Shown here: one piece after another, positions 26,411 to 39,498 of the stretch
Numbering within the stretch: position 1 is the stretch's first letter
How the letters are laid out: each line of letters opens with the position of its first letter
From: Malacoraja senta
Taxonomy: Eukaryota
Reading direction: 5' to 3'
Assembly: GCA_038087875.1 (NCBI GenBank)
Contig: CM075986.1
Location: forward strand, 13,144,001-13,208,000
DNA: 64,000 nucleotides
Position numbers and translations under genes: made by a program
Notes under the pieces: model-generated
Told to the model about the DNA's origin: nothing
The model's database searches: none
Seen by the model: only the letters and a program-made list of their open reading frames with translations

Positions 26411-26907
26411 TTAGACAATAGATAATAGATGCAGGAGTAGGCCATTCGGCCCTGCTGATCATCCACAATCAGTACCCCGTTCCTGCCTTCTCCCCATATC
26501 ACTTGACACCGCTATCTTTAAGAGCTCTATCTAACTCTCTCTTGAAAGCATCCAGAGAATTGGCCTCCACTGCCTTCCGAGGCAGAGAATTCCACAGATT
26601 CACAACTCTCTGGGTGAAAAGGTTTTTCCTCATCTCAGTCCTAAATGGCCTACTCCTTATTCTTAAACTGTGGCCCCTGGTTCTGAACTCCCCCAACATC
26701 GGGAACATGTTTCCTGCCTCTAGCATGTCCAATCCCTTAATAATCTTATATGTTTCAATAAGATAACCTCTCATCCTTCTAAATTCCAGTGTGTACAAGC
26801 TCAGTCGCTCCATTCTATCAACATATGACAGTCCCGTCATCCCGGGAATTAACCTTGTGAACCTACGCTGCACTCCCTCAATAGCAAGAATGTCCTTCCT
26901 CAAATTT
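26411..26907 (-). mobile_element. Young 5'-truncated CR1 (RT C-terminus plus 3' UTR)
   Basis: NLRKDILAIEGVQRRFTRLIPGM..FTQRVVNLWNSLP..; (TATTGTC)-type tail; close paralog of 49201-49957. Confidence 0.95.
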
Positions 26908-26999
26908 TGTAGCACTGTGCGCAAAGGACAGCATTGAAGTTGGACATTTGATGTGTTATCAAGTTGGTGAAATATTTTTAAACTATTCATCTATGAGAA

Positions 27000-27675
27000 T
27001 CTGGAAAGAAATGATATTTTGAAGAATCTAAGTGTCCTTTTGTACAAATCACTGGAAGTTAACATGTGGAAGATAACATGATAGGAATATAGCAGTTGAT
27101 AAGAATTATGCAACTATCTAGGATCTTGGATCAAGGTTGCTTAAAAATGAAAAGACGTATTTGCCTTGGATAAAGTAAAATAAATGTTCACTATGTTTTA
27201 TGTTTGTGACATAAATGTTCTGTGTGGAAAAAAATAAGTAGGCAAGATCCATATTCCTTGAGTTTGGAAGAATTCGAAGCGTATAAAACTCATTTATAGT
27301 TTTATAATATAAAATATAATTTCTATTAATTATCTTTTTAATAGATATGTGTCTATATCTATTTAATAGACATAGCCACACACACAGTCAAACCTCAAAA
27401 TAAGAAGTCTCATTTACTAGTGAGATTAAGAACAAAACCATTACCTAAAAGTTTGTGAATTTTCAGAATTATTTACCCCAGAGAACTGCTGATGGACATT
27501 CAATGAATACATTCAGTGCAAAGATCAATAGATTTTTGCTGCTGAGCAAATTGAAGGTTATAGAGATGGTCCAGGAAAGTGGAGTTGAGATCAAAGTTCA
27601 GCCAAGATTTAATTGGCATACGAGCAAGATCGAAGAGCTGAATGGATTATTGATTCTCCTGTGCTTTGTGTTCCT
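27000..27675 (+). mobile_element. Old degraded CR1 3' portion
   Basis: NLSVLLYKSL, SLEFGRIR, VNFQNYLPQR remnants; GAAGAGCTGAATGG..TTCTCCT tail. Confidence 0.65.
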
Positions 27676-28439
27676 ATAAGCATCCCACCATCGTATTTTT
27701 TGCTCTAAATACACAAAGGGATCATATATTCCTTTTGAACAAGCAAGGACACCACAGATCTTTGGTGACTATGCTAATCTTTACAACACAGCCTTATTTC
27801 CATGTCTGCCTGAAAATCAGTAATGTGTGTCTCTAACTTCATAGAACCCTTCTTTTCATCTAGGTTCTTTGAATTCCAGTAGCATCAATTAATAGTAGAG
27901 CAAAACATGTTAACTTCTGCTTCAAAAATTGTACAAATCGAGACAAAATATTAATTTACTTGAGGTTTTAGCTTTTGGGCACCTGCGGAGGAAACGTCAT
28001 ATCTTTAATGTTTTGTCTCCTTATTGTCATTCAACATTCATGAAATAATGTCACTGTAGTAATAGGGAGAGATAACCAAGATTACCTGTTATTTTGTGTA
28101 GGAAGGAAGGTGCAGATGCCATTCTACCATTCATAGAATCTACCATTCATTTAATATTAATTTAGATTGAGATACATTACGAATTAAAACAAAGCAAAGC
28201 AAGTCTCCTTTAAGATACTTGCAACTTTGGAAACTGCTGAGTTAACCTGAATCATCTGGAAGCCTCCCTAAAGTAAAGTCACTGTTGTATAGCTATTATC
28301 ATTTAAGAGACCACTATGAGACATTGTTATTATCTTCTGACAGAGCAATATACAGCCAAAGAAGCTTAGGGAAGTTTCTCATGCCTAAACCTGGCCTAGC
28401 TACAGTTGTATCTGATCTTGTACAGCGCAGAAGGACAAG

Positions 28440-28822
28440 AGGAGACGCACAGAACTGCAGGTGCTGGAACCTTGAGTGCTGGAGTAACACAGCGGGACAG
28501 GCAGCACCCCTGGAGGAAATGGATGTGATGTTTTGGGTTGGGACCCATCTTCAAACTGATTATAGTAGGGTGAGAAAGCTGGAAATAATGTGGGGGTGGG
28601 ACAAGGCTTGGCAAGTTACAGGTAGTTACAGGTGATGAGAGGTTGATTGGATGGGTGGAGTAAGTGACTAAGACTAGAAATGTAAGGGAGACAGAGGTGT
28701 CAGCTACAGAGAGAGGTGGAGTGAAATGTGAAATGCAATATGCTGGAGTAACTCAGCAGGATAGGCAGTATCTCTGGAGAGAAGGAATGGGTGACGTTTC
28801 GGGTCAAGACCCTTCTTCAGAC
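28440..28822 (-). mobile_element. Two tandem Penelope terminal/3' UTR fragments
   Basis: Units at ~28450-28560 and ~28735-28822; the second has an intact core CTGAAGAAGGGTCTTGACCCGAAACGTC (minus, 28793-28820). Confidence 0.8.
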
Positions 28823-28910
28823 AAGAGTCAAGAGTGTTTTATGTCCCACATCGAACAACGAAATTCTTACTTGCTGCAGCACAACAGAATATGTAAACAT
28901 AGTACACTGT
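28823..28910 (-). mobile_element. Non-LTR element 3' end (Rex1-like stem-loop tail), apparently interrupted by the CR1 at 28912
   Basis: AAGAGTCAAGAGTGTTTTAT..AACGAAATTCTTACTTGCTGCAGC; paralog at 35098-35160; appears to resume at 32221 (AAACAATATGATAAAC). Confidence 0.6.
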
Positions 28911-28914
28911 ACTA

Positions 28915-29013
28915 TGCGACCTGTACAAAAAGGATGGGTTGCACTTGAACCTGAGGGGGACCGATATCCTGGCGGGGAGATCTGCAAAGGCTACTGGGGA
29001 GACTTTAAACTAG
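28915..29013 (+). pseudogene. CR1 ORF1 C-terminal remnant (SGNH/GDSL esterase DxxH motif)
   Basis: Manual translation CDLYKKDGLHLNLRGTDILAGRSAKATGETLN*; overlaps the ORF2 frame at TTTAAACTAG. Confidence 0.85.
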
Positions 29014-32000
29014 AATGGTTGGTGGGAGGGACTCAAATAGAGAAAGCTATTAGACAGTGTGTGAGGCAGGAGGCAGAGAAGGAAAGCACTCAGACCCAAC
29101 ATGTAGGGGGGAAAGAAGAAAACAATAATAAACAGAGAATAAGAGGTGGTGGGGTTCTTAAATGGGTGAGCAGAGAAACAGAGGGGTGTAAAATGCGGGC
29201 GGAAACAATAGGTAGCAAGGTGAAAAGTAAAAGTGGCAGGCAGACAAATCCAGGGCAAAAATCAAAAAGGGCCACTTTTCAACATAATTGTATAAGGGGT
29301 AAGATCGTTGTAAAAACAAGCCTGAAGGCTTTGTGTCTCAATGCAAGGAGCATTCGTAATAAGGTGGATGAGTTGAACGTGCAGATTACTATTAATGATT
29401 ATGATATAGTTGCGATCACGGAGACATGGCTCCAGGGTGACCAAGGCTGGGAGCTGAACATCCAGGGATATTCAATATTCAGGAGGGATAGAGAGAAAGG
29501 AAAAGGAGGTGGGGTAGCGTTGCTGGTTAGAGAGGAGATTAACGCAGTGGAAAGGAAGGACATTAGCTTGGAGGATGTGGAATCGGTATGGGTAGAGCTG
29601 CGAAACACTAAGGGGCAGAAAACGCTGGTGGGTGTTGTGTACAGGCCACCCAGCAGTAGTAGTGAAGTTGGGGATGGCATCAAACAGGAAATTAGAAATG
29701 CGTGCAACAAAGGCAAAACAGTTATAATGGGTGACTTCAATCTACATATGGATTGGGTGAATCAAATTGGCAGTGGTGCTGAGGAAGAGGATTTCTTGGA
29801 ATGTATGCGGGATAGTTATCTAAACCAACATGTAGAGGAACCAATGAGAGAGCAGGCTATTCTAGACTGGGTATTGAGTAATGAGGAAGGGTTAGTTAGC
29901 AGTCTTGTTGTGCGTGCCCCCTGTGGCAAGAGTGGCCATAATATGGTTGAGTTCTTCATTAGGATGGAGAGTGACATTGTTAATTCAGAAACAACGGTTC
30001 TGAACTTAAAGAAAGGTAACTTTGAGGGTATGAGGCGTGAATTGGCCAAGATTGACTGGCAATTAGTTCTAAAAGGGTTGACGGTGGATATGCAATGGAA
30101 GGCATTTAAAGACTGCATGGATGAACTACAAAAATTGTTCATCCCAGTTTGGCAAAAGAATAAATCAGGGAAGGTAGTGCATCCGTGGATAACAAGGGAA
30201 ATCAGGGATAGTATCAAAGCAAAAGATGATGCGTACAAATTAGCCAGAAAAAGCAGCATACCAGAGGACTGGGAGAAATTCAGAGACCAGCAGAGGAGGA
30301 CAAAGGGCTTAATTAGGAAAGGGAAAATAGATTATGAAAGAAAACTGGCAGGGAACATAAAAACTGACTGCAAAAGTTTTTATAGGTATGTGAAGAGAAA
30401 GAGATTAGTTAAAACAAATGTAGGTCCCTTGCAGTCAGAAACAGGTGAATTGATCATGGGGAACAAGGATATGGCGGACCAATTGAATAACTACTTTGGT
30501 TCCGTCTTCACTAAGGAAGACATAAATAATCTGCCGGAAATAGCAGGGGGCCGCGGGTCAAAGGAGATGGAGGAACTGAGTGAAATCCAGGTTAGTCGGG
30601 AAGTGGTGTTGGGTAAATTGAATGGATTAAAGGCCGATAAATCACCAGGGCCAGGCTGCATCCCAGAGTACTTAAGGAAGTAGCTCCAGAAATAGTGGAT
30701 GCATTAGTGATAATTTTTCAAAACTCTTTAGATTCTGGAGTAGTTCCTGAGGATTGGAGGGTAGCAAACCCCACTTTTTAAGAAGGGAGGGAGAGAGAAA
30801 ACGGGGAATTACAGACCAGTTAGTCTAACATCGGTAGTGGGGAAACTGCTAGAGTCAGTTATTAAAGATGGGATAGCAGCACATTTGGAAAGTGGTGAAA
30901 TCATTGGACAAAGTCAGCATGGATTTACGAAAGGTAAATCGTGTCTGACGAATCTTATAGAATTTTTCGAGGATGTAACTAGTAGAGTGGATAGGGGAGA
31001 ACCAGTGGATGTGTTGTATCTGGACTTTCAGAAGGCTTTCGACAAGGTACCACATAAGAGATTAGGATACAAACTTAAATCACACGGTATTGGGGGTTCA
31101 GTATTGATGTGGATACAGAACTGGCTGGCAAACAGGAAGCAAAGAGTAGGAGTAAACGGGTCCTTTTCACAATGGCAGGCAGTGACTAGTGGGGTACCGC
31201 AAGGCTCAGTGCTGGGACCCCAGCTATTTACAATTTATATTAATGAGCTGGATGAGGGAATTGAAAGCAACATCTCCAAGTTTGCGGATGACACTAAGCT
31301 GGGGGGCAGTGTTAGTTGTGAGGAGGATGCTAGGAGACTGCAAGGTGACTTGGATAGGCTGGGTGAGTGGGCAAATGTTTGGCAGATGCAGTATAATGTG
31401 GATAAGTGTGAGGTTATCCACTTTGGTGGCAAAAACGGGAAGGCAGACTATTATCTAAATGGTGGCCGATTAGGAAATGGGGAGATGCAGCGAGACCAGG
31501 GTGTCATGGTACACCAGTCATTGAAAGTAGGCATGCAGGTGCAGCAGGCAGTGAAGAAAGCGAATGGTATGTTGGCTTTCATAGCAAGAGGATTTGAGTA
31601 TAGGAGCAGGGAGGTTCTACTGCAGTTGTACAGGGTCTTGGTGAGACCACACCTGGAGTATTGCGTACAGTTTTTGTCTCCAAATCTGAGGAAGGACATT
31701 ATAGCCATAGAGGGAGTGCAGAGAAGGTTCACCAGACTGATTCCTGGGGTGTCAGGACTTTCATATGAAGAAAGACTGGATAGACTTGGCTTATACTCGC
31801 TGGAATTTAGGAGATTGAGAGGGGATCTTATAGAAACGTACAAAATTCTTATGGGGTTGGACAGGCTAGATGCAGGAAGATTGTTCCCGATGTTGGGGAA
31901 GTCCAGGACAAGGGGTCACAGCTTAAGGATAAGGGGGAAATCCTTTAAGACCGAGATGAGGAAAAACTTTTTCACACAGAGAGTGGTGAATCTCTGGAAC

Positions 32001-32120
32001 TCTCTGCCACAGAGGGTAGTTGAGGCCAGTTCATTGGCTATATTTAAGAGGGAGTTAGATGTGGCCCTTGTGGCTAAAGGGATCAGGGGGTATGGAGAGA
32101 AGGCAGGTACGGGATACTGA
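29000..32120 (+). pseudogene. CR1 ORF2 endonuclease-reverse transcriptase, broken by two small deletions (~30655, ~30768)
   Basis: APE motifs LNARSIRNK, ITETWL, GGGVALLV, VVYRPP, MGDFN; RT motifs QHGF, LDFQKAFDKVPH, GVPQGSVLGP, KFADD; the middle segment LHPRVLKEVA..PEDWRVAN lies in another frame. Confidence 0.95.
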
Positions 32121-34074
32121 GTTGGATGATCAGCCATGATCATATTGAATGGCGGTGCAGGCTCGAAGGGCCGAATGGCCTACTCCTGCACCTATTTTCT
32201 ATGTATCTATGTATCTATGTAAACAATATGATAAACAAGAAGGACAAGAGTTGTTTTTCTGAAGCAAGACAAAGGTTTATGCAAATAAGAAGTTGGTAAT
32301 CACTTCCTGAATGTTAATGAGTACAAACAAGTGCACAAATTAAATCAGTTAAGGCTACACAGATGTTTGTGGCTCAGAGAGTAATCATTTATTTGCACAT
32401 TTTTGTTTATATGCCTCATCCTGTTTCTTTCAGAAGTTTCTTCTCTTGTTTTGGTACCTTTTTCACAAGAAGCCAAATAAACCAGTTTGCATACCATACA
32501 ATGGCATCCTATAGCATTAAGAAATACATGATGTAGTTTAAGTAGCTCCTATTCTGCGTCATTTTTTTTGTCTAAACAGCTGCACTTGGAAGCTATCCAA
32601 ATACGAATCAGGCCAAAAATTTGATCACCTCACTGTGTTGCTTTGTTTTAAAGCAGTGCTGTGGCTGTCCTTTCCCCGATCAATTTTTCTCACCCGCTTT
32701 TCAATCAGCAACTCATGCTACCCAACAGATTGCTATATTTGGGTGTGAACAGTGTTGATATACATTTGACTGAGGAAAGCTTAGCAACAATGTCCAATTC
32801 TGCCTTTATCTAGTATGATATTCACATGTAATTACTATGGATGGGCATGTGCCATTTAACCAACATACTGAAGAGTTAATGAACATTAAGGCAGATTCCA
32901 GCCAACTCTCAGCTGCTGACTAAAAATTACATAAATCTGCAGTATAATAATGGCAAATTTGGATCATTTTGTCTTTGCAATTTTTATACACAACTGCTAG
33001 TTAATATCAATTCCTGAGTATGTTGAATATATTTAGCAGGTGAGGCAACAATTGTGCAGAGAGGAACAGAATTAACATATCAGGTCAATGACCATCAGAA
33101 CTGGAGAACAAGCATGTTTTTAAGTTGCAGTGAAGTTGAGGGTGTGGGGAATGGAGGATGGTGAGCTGAGATAACATCTATCATAGGATGAAGATCAAAA
33201 CTACCAGGTGACACTGTTGCTTTCAGTGCAGTCAAATAGAGGGTAATGAATGCTTGTTAATCAAGGCTAATTTATCTGAAGGGGTGTCAATGGAGGAAGA
33301 TGAATGAGGGTGGTAGAGGAAAATAAACTGCACTGGAACACATTTGTTGCACACAAGGGTAATGGATCAGGAGGGCCGGATGTGAATTGTGATACAGCCA
33401 GCAGAATTTGGCACGAAGTGAATTTTCTGTGGGTGGAAGATGGAAGACAGGCCAGAAAAGCATTAGAATTATTAAGCCTGAGGCAGGGGTGTCTGCAGAT
33501 GGAAGTGACTTTCTTAATGATGGGGCAGATTTGTGGTTAAAACGTCATGTTAAGGCCAACTGCAGCACCAAGTTTACAGCTGATCTTGTTCAGCTTCCAG
33601 TAACATTCAGGTGGAAGGATGTGGTCTCTAATTAGTTGTAAGTGTTTCCTAAGAATGTATAAAGGCAACAGTTATAGCCTTACAAATACATAGTTTAAAG
33701 AAACTTTGAATCTGTTGTTCCTCCAAACCTCCACCCCAGTACATCCCTTCTCTGAGTGTGATAACGGTAAACAGTCCAACTGATCTTCAATTAACTGCTC
33801 CTCATACCATGCTCCTCCTATATCCCTTCATCTTTATCCAGCTGGTTATGACTGCATTCATCATGCTCCCATTTTCATCCTGCTCAGTCATTTATATAGT
33901 CATCTTGTGTTTCCACATTAGAAGTGTTAAATTAACGCTATTCTTTGTCACTGCAGTAGGTCAGAAATTTGAAAAGTTCTAGTAAAATTACAAATTAAGT
34001 GTTTGTGCAGGCTGTTTGTGCAGTGCCACTCAAGATATTGTGCTCTTATATGTGAAGTTTAGGGTAAATAAAAA

Positions 34075-34490
34075 CATACGAGGATGTTGCCAGGTCTCAA
34101 GGGTCTGAGGTACAGGGAGAGATTGGGAAAGCTAAGGCTTTATTCCTTGGAGTGCAGGAGGCTAAGGGGGTGATCATATAGGGGTGTACAGAGTATTTTA
34201 CCCAGGGTAGGGGAATCAAGAACCAGAGGACAAAGGTACAGATTTAATAGGAACCTGAGGGGCAACTTTTCCTTCAGAGGATGATGGGATATGGAATGAG
34301 CTGCCAGATGAAGTAGTTGAGTACAATAACAACATTTAAAATGCACTTGGACAGGTACATTAATAGGAAAGATTTGGAGGGATATGAACCAAATATGGGC
34401 AAATGGGAGTAGCTTTGATGGGGCATCTTGGTTAGCATGGACATTTGGCCGAAGGGCCTTTTTCCATGCTTTTTCCATGTGACTCTCTCT
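34075..34490 (+). mobile_element. CR1/HER1 3' fragment
   Basis: TRMLPGL..LGKL..YSLECRRLRG remnants; GGCCGAAGGGCCT tail. Confidence 0.85.
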
Positions 34491-35607
34491 GAAATGTTAG
34501 CACACTCTGCCTGTTGCATTGTAGGTTTCTAATTCATGTGACTCTGCACATCTCTTTGAACAAGTGTGTTGCTGGTTCACGTTTGTCCTGAGTAGCCATG
34601 CACTCCTCTCCATCCATGTGCCTCAACATTCCTCTCTGCTGCTTCATGACCCAACACTTCCCTTATACCTGTCTCTCTCTCTCTGCTTTCTTCTATTTCT
34701 TAATGTCAGTAACAAAAGAGATCGGGAATAGGTCTGTAGTTATGGTTGTAATAAGAGCTCCATTATAGCTCACTTTATAATCTAGAAAATTAGAGAGTTT
34801 GATATAAAATCAACAAGTCTCAAGTAAGAATTAACTGAGAAGAGAATGTTTTGTCTCAAGTATTAGACTCAATGGTTTAGGATTTTTGCAATTATTTTTG
34901 CCTTCTTGTGCCAGAGAGAATTTGCCAAAATTATTAGTTTTAATAATTTATTTTTAAAACTTGGGGGGTAAATTGGCTCAGATAACTGATGTTTAACAAC
35001 CTAGCATTGATGCTATTTCTCCAAATAATCAGTAATTGTTAGCTTGTCTCACCATTGTTCTCCCAATCTCATTCATTTTGTGTTGGAATGTCTCCCTTCA
35101 AGAGTCAACAGTGTTTTATTTTATTGTCATACATCCAAGATAGAACAATGAAATTCTTACATCAAAGGAAGAAAATGGGATGACGGGTGAGTTTGGGGAA
35201 CTATTCCTTTAAACCAGATATAAATATCTTGTTAGTTTATATTTCCACACATGGGTGACAAAACACAAACAAGCCCACCCATTGTTTATTAACATAGGTG
35301 AAACCTTTGGTTTATCTGTTTGTAAAGCTAGACAAGTACTCTGCAGCACTCCATTCTAAATGATGATCAGATAATTTAGTAAAATTAAGCTATATTGCTA
35401 GGAATAACATAAATGACCTAACACGGTTTAATTTGATTTTTTTCCCACCATCCATTCAAAGGGATATGCCCATCTTCTTTTCACATTTCCACACTGCACA
35501 ATATTTCAGCACTATAACCATAATCTTACCACATATCATGGAAATTTTGGATTTAGGAATCACAGCACAAACATGGCCACAGTGATACCTGGATAGTGAT
35601 TAGAAAT

Positions 35608-35960
35608 TAACAACAATTTGCATTTACACACCACTTAATGTGTAAAACAGCATATCAATATTCTTCACTGAAGTGTTATCAAGCCAAAAAAACTATGCCA
35701 TGCCAAACGACAGATAACAGAAAGCTTAATGAAAGGGGAGTATCTTAAATAAAAGTGGAGATACGTAGAGGTTGACAAGCCTTCCAATGGTGGGATGAGG
35801 TAAGAGGTGGGTGTACGACAAGTCTGAATTGAAGGAATGCAGATTTCTCAAAAGGTTATAGAGTTGAAACATTCAACAGAGATAAGGAACTGCAAGACGA
35901 AATGTAAATATTTTATGCTTTCGGTATTTCTGCACTGGGAGTCACTGTAGGTTAGTGAGC
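35608..35960 (-). mobile_element. Old L2-like LINE 3' fragment
   Basis: AACAACAATTTGCATTTA end followed by a purine-rich tract typical of antisense L2 3' ends; recalled similarity only. Confidence 0.4.
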
Positions 35961-37597
35961 ACAGACAGAATGTGAAAAAAAAACCAGAAGTGCATTAAGA
36001 TGGAACCAGCTGAATTTTGGGAGGACAGAAGATGAGTAGAAGGACCAGTTGAATTTGCAGATAGGGAAAGCACAGATGAGATGTGAGACCGCTGTGAGTA
36101 TGAATGAAAATCACATTGGACTTTTCAACATCTCTACAACATGAGAAACCTGCAGCATGTACTTTCTTGATTCACACATTGTTAAAGTTCCTGAGATCAT
36201 GTAGGAAGTTAGGTTGCAGCACAGACTGTAGCGTTCAGTGAATAATAAAACTGAAAGAGAAAACAAGTGATGCAGTCACTATAATTGCTTTTAAATGTCA
36301 CTAATTATCAGAGACATTCAACAAGATTCTAAAGACCTTTGACGGCAGCCCAAGACTTAATTGCAACTCACAGGGCAGCTGCTGCATCCAGAGCTCAAAG
36401 TCAGTCGGTATTACAGAGCAGTAAAGAGTTAGTGCAGCTCTGGAAAAAGCTTGGAGCTAGCATGCACAGCAGGCCAGATCATTCCCAAACCAACCCAATG
36501 TATTTCATTGCAGAAAGGTGGTATACAGCAGTGACGAAAGAGCCAAGTTAAAATGAAGGGTTTTCGATGAATCATGTGTTTGTCCCAGCAGCTGTTAGAT
36601 GCATTTCAATAGATTAAAAATGTGAACTGTGTCAATCAATAATGGTCTACAACGTCAATTGTCCAAAATTTGCATCATGTCAAAGGGGGGTAGGGGTGGG
36701 GAGAGAAAACGAGGTCTGGCCTCTCAGACTTTGTTTCAAACTTCATTCAAACTTTATTCAAACTTCACTCACCCTTCCATGTGGAGCAGCAACAGAAAGA
36801 AAGTCAATCAGCAATGTGTTCAAATTAATGGTCCATTCCCAGACATCTGGAAAAAGATTTACTGGCCTTTGTTGAGATTGGAGAATGATACACTCTGTGG
36901 ATATAGTTATAAGCAGACTGAGGCTGTTTATACTAGGAAAGGTAAAACCAATGTGTGACATGAGTACGACTTTTCGCACTATGGAAGAATTTGATTGAAT
37001 AACACAAAGAGAACATTTTTACATGTGGATAGAACAGATTATGACTTTCTTATATTCATGCATAAATCCAGATTAAAATTTATGTAAACTGAGGGATTAA
37101 ACCATGGAGTCTGCTATTGTAAACAGTAATTAAGATGGATAACTTATTATCTGAAGGAGAATATCGATAGGCCAAAAAGCCTATTTTTGTGTTTTACTGT
37201 ATTTTGTAGAATAGGACATTTAAATTCTAATTGATTAATCAGCCACAGGTTGAAGTTTTCATTTTCTTTCTGCAAACTATTATAGGGTGGATGTTTTGCT
37301 TTATAAGTATACATTATTCTACAAGATAAGTATCCAAAGCTCTTTTTTTTGTTTTTCTTGAATTAACTATGCAATCTTAATTAATGATGTATAAATCATA
37401 CATCCACTGATAATTGATGAGAATTCACCGTCACATTGTGCTCAAAAGGACTGATGGTTTAGAACCAGTCTTTCAAACATTCATTTCTTTGCCCCTTATT
37501 CACTGTGGGTGTTTGAGGACCTGCATGTCTCAAAAAATGACATCATCCAGTTTGCAGGACCTTAGTTTTGAAGAAAAGATCAATGTAACTTGACAAA

Positions 37598-38478
37598 GAC
37601 AACAAATGCTGAAGAAACTCAGCGGGTGAGGCAGCATCTATGGAGAGAAGGAATAAGCGACATTTTGGGTCAAGACCCTTCTTCAGACTGATGTGGGTGG
37701 GGGAGGGGGAAGAAAGGAAGTAGGTGGAGACAGTAGGACGTAGGAGAACTGGGACGGGGAGGGGAAGGAGGGAGAAAGCAAGGGCTATCTAAAATTAAAT
37801 AAGTCAATGTTCATACTGCTGGGGTGTAAACTACCCAAGCGAAATATGAGATGCTGTTCCTCCAATTTGCGCTGGGCCTCACTCTGGCAATGGAGGAGGC
37901 CCAGGACAGAAAGGTCAGATTGGGAATGGGAGGGGGAGTTGAAGTGCTGAGCAACCGGGCGATCAGGTTGGTTAACACGGACTGAGCGGCGGTGTTCAGC
38001 GAAGCGATCGCCGAGCCTGCGCTTGGTCTCACCGATGTAGAGAAGTTGACACTTAGAACAGCGGATGCAGCAGATGAGGTTGGAGGAGGTGCAGGTGAAC
38101 CTCCGCCTCACCTGGAAAGACTGATTGGGTCATTGGATGGAGTTGAGAGGGGAGGTATAGGGACAAGTGTTGCATTTCTTGCGGTTGCAGGGGAAAGTAC
38201 CCGGGGTGGGGGTGGTTTGGGTGGGAAGGGACGAATTGTCCAGGGAGTTACAGAGGGAGCGGTCTCTGCGGAAAGCTGAAAGGGGAGGAGATTTGAAGAT
38301 GTGGCCAGTAGGGGGATCCCGTTGGAGGTGGCAAAAATGTCGGAGGATTATATGTTGTATGCAACGGCTGATGGGGTGGAAGGTGAGGACAAGGGGGACT
38401 CCGTCCTTGTTACGAATAGGGGGAGGGGGAGCAAGAGCGGAGCCGCGGGATATAAAGTGAGAGCGGAGCTGCGAGATA
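37598..38478 (-). mobile_element. Penelope-like element 3' end: RT-EN linker, GIY-YIG endonuclease and terminal repeat with hammerhead-like core
   Basis: VPLVLTFHP..SAFRRDRSL..FPCNRKKCNTC and FTCTSSNLICCIRCSKCQLLYIGETKRRLGDRFAEH..VAQHFN..RKLEEQHLIFRLGSLHP; CTGAAGAAGGGTCTTGACCCAAAATGTC on the same strand at 37659-37686. Confidence 0.95.
37785..38111 (-). pseudogene. Penelope GIY-YIG endonuclease domain
   Basis: ICCIRC..C..LYIGET..R..RF.EH motif; frameshifted from the upstream 38130-38460 segment. Confidence 0.9.
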
Positions 38479-38859
38479 TGCCTAATTTTCCAAACTGTGA
38501 CAGGTGTTTGGCAGGCAACTGGTAATAAAGTCTGTTGCTTTGCTGTATCTCTTGTCAATAAAAACCCTGCTACATCTCACTCTTTGCAATAGTGTATTAT
38601 CATCTAAATCGCTCTGACTGGTCTTAACTTTAAATTTAATCTGTCTATACAAAAACCTATGGAGCGGGCGAAGAAAAAAAACTAAGACAAGTGACACTGA
38701 AACAGACTAATGATAGCAATTGAATTTCATGCTGCTTTTAAGTTGAAAAGATCCAATCTTATCATCATTATTACACAGGCTCTATAAATCAAACCTGTGT
38801 AAATGAGGTTTTGAGATTTAACTGTACACTAGCTAGAAACAAGTATGCTGGTGAGCTGT

Positions 38860-39246
38860 ACATGGAACAGTGCAGCACAGGAACAGGCCCTTCAGCCCAC
38901 AATGTCTGTACTGAACAGGAAGTTAAACTAATCTTCTCTGCCTACATGTGATCCATAACCATGCATCACTACAAGTCCATGTGCTCATCTAAAAGTCTCT
39001 TAAATGCCATGGTCATATCTGCTTCCACCACCACCCTTGGCAGCCCGTTCTAGGCATCCTTCACTCTCTGTGTGTAAAAAAAACATGCCTCGCACATCTG
39101 ATTTAAACTTTCCCCATGGATGGTTTTCTATGGACATCATAGGTTGAGTATGAATCTGACAGAAGTATATAAAACTGTGAGAGGCATAAATAGGGTAGAC
39201 AGTCAGATTCTTCTTCCTAGGGTGAAAATGTCAAAACTAGAGGCCA
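38860..39246. mobile_element. CR1 3' fragment with inverted upstream segment
   Basis: Minus 3' end 38860-39115; plus-oriented upstream piece ~39150-39246 (TEVYKTVRGINRVDSQILLPRVKMSKLE). Confidence 0.7.
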
Positions 39247-39498
39247 TCAAGGAATTGATGTGTGATTTCTGAGGCTTACCTGCCATTCGGAGCTTGTCCC
39301 CCTCACCAGATGTCCCAGTTGCACTAGTTATTATTTTAAACATTTTTTTAATTGTCCTATGTTAAGAGTATTTAATATTTACAGATTTCTGTCAACAGTA
39401 CCTTGCAAAATTTAGCTAAGCAATTATTTTAAATAAAGTCAAATGTTTCACATGTTCTGGATGAAGTGTTACAGTACCACATTTTGCGTTCATCAAAT

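Larger units (their letters stand above)
28912..32220 (+). mobile_element. Young 5'-truncated CR1 LINE (~3.3 kb)
   Basis: ORF1 tail, EN and RT domains, 3' UTR hairpin region and (CTATGTAT)n tail at 32199-32220. Confidence 0.97.

Noticed and set aside
28791-28999. N-terminus of the 630-aa ORF
   Set aside because: Read-through across a Penelope terminus, another repeat and the ORF1 tail; not a real ORF2 start.
29010-32143. Numerous minus-strand ORFs (also 26503, 49263, 18152, 18261, 37992, 38167)
   Set aside because: Antisense shadows of LINE or Penelope coding sequence.
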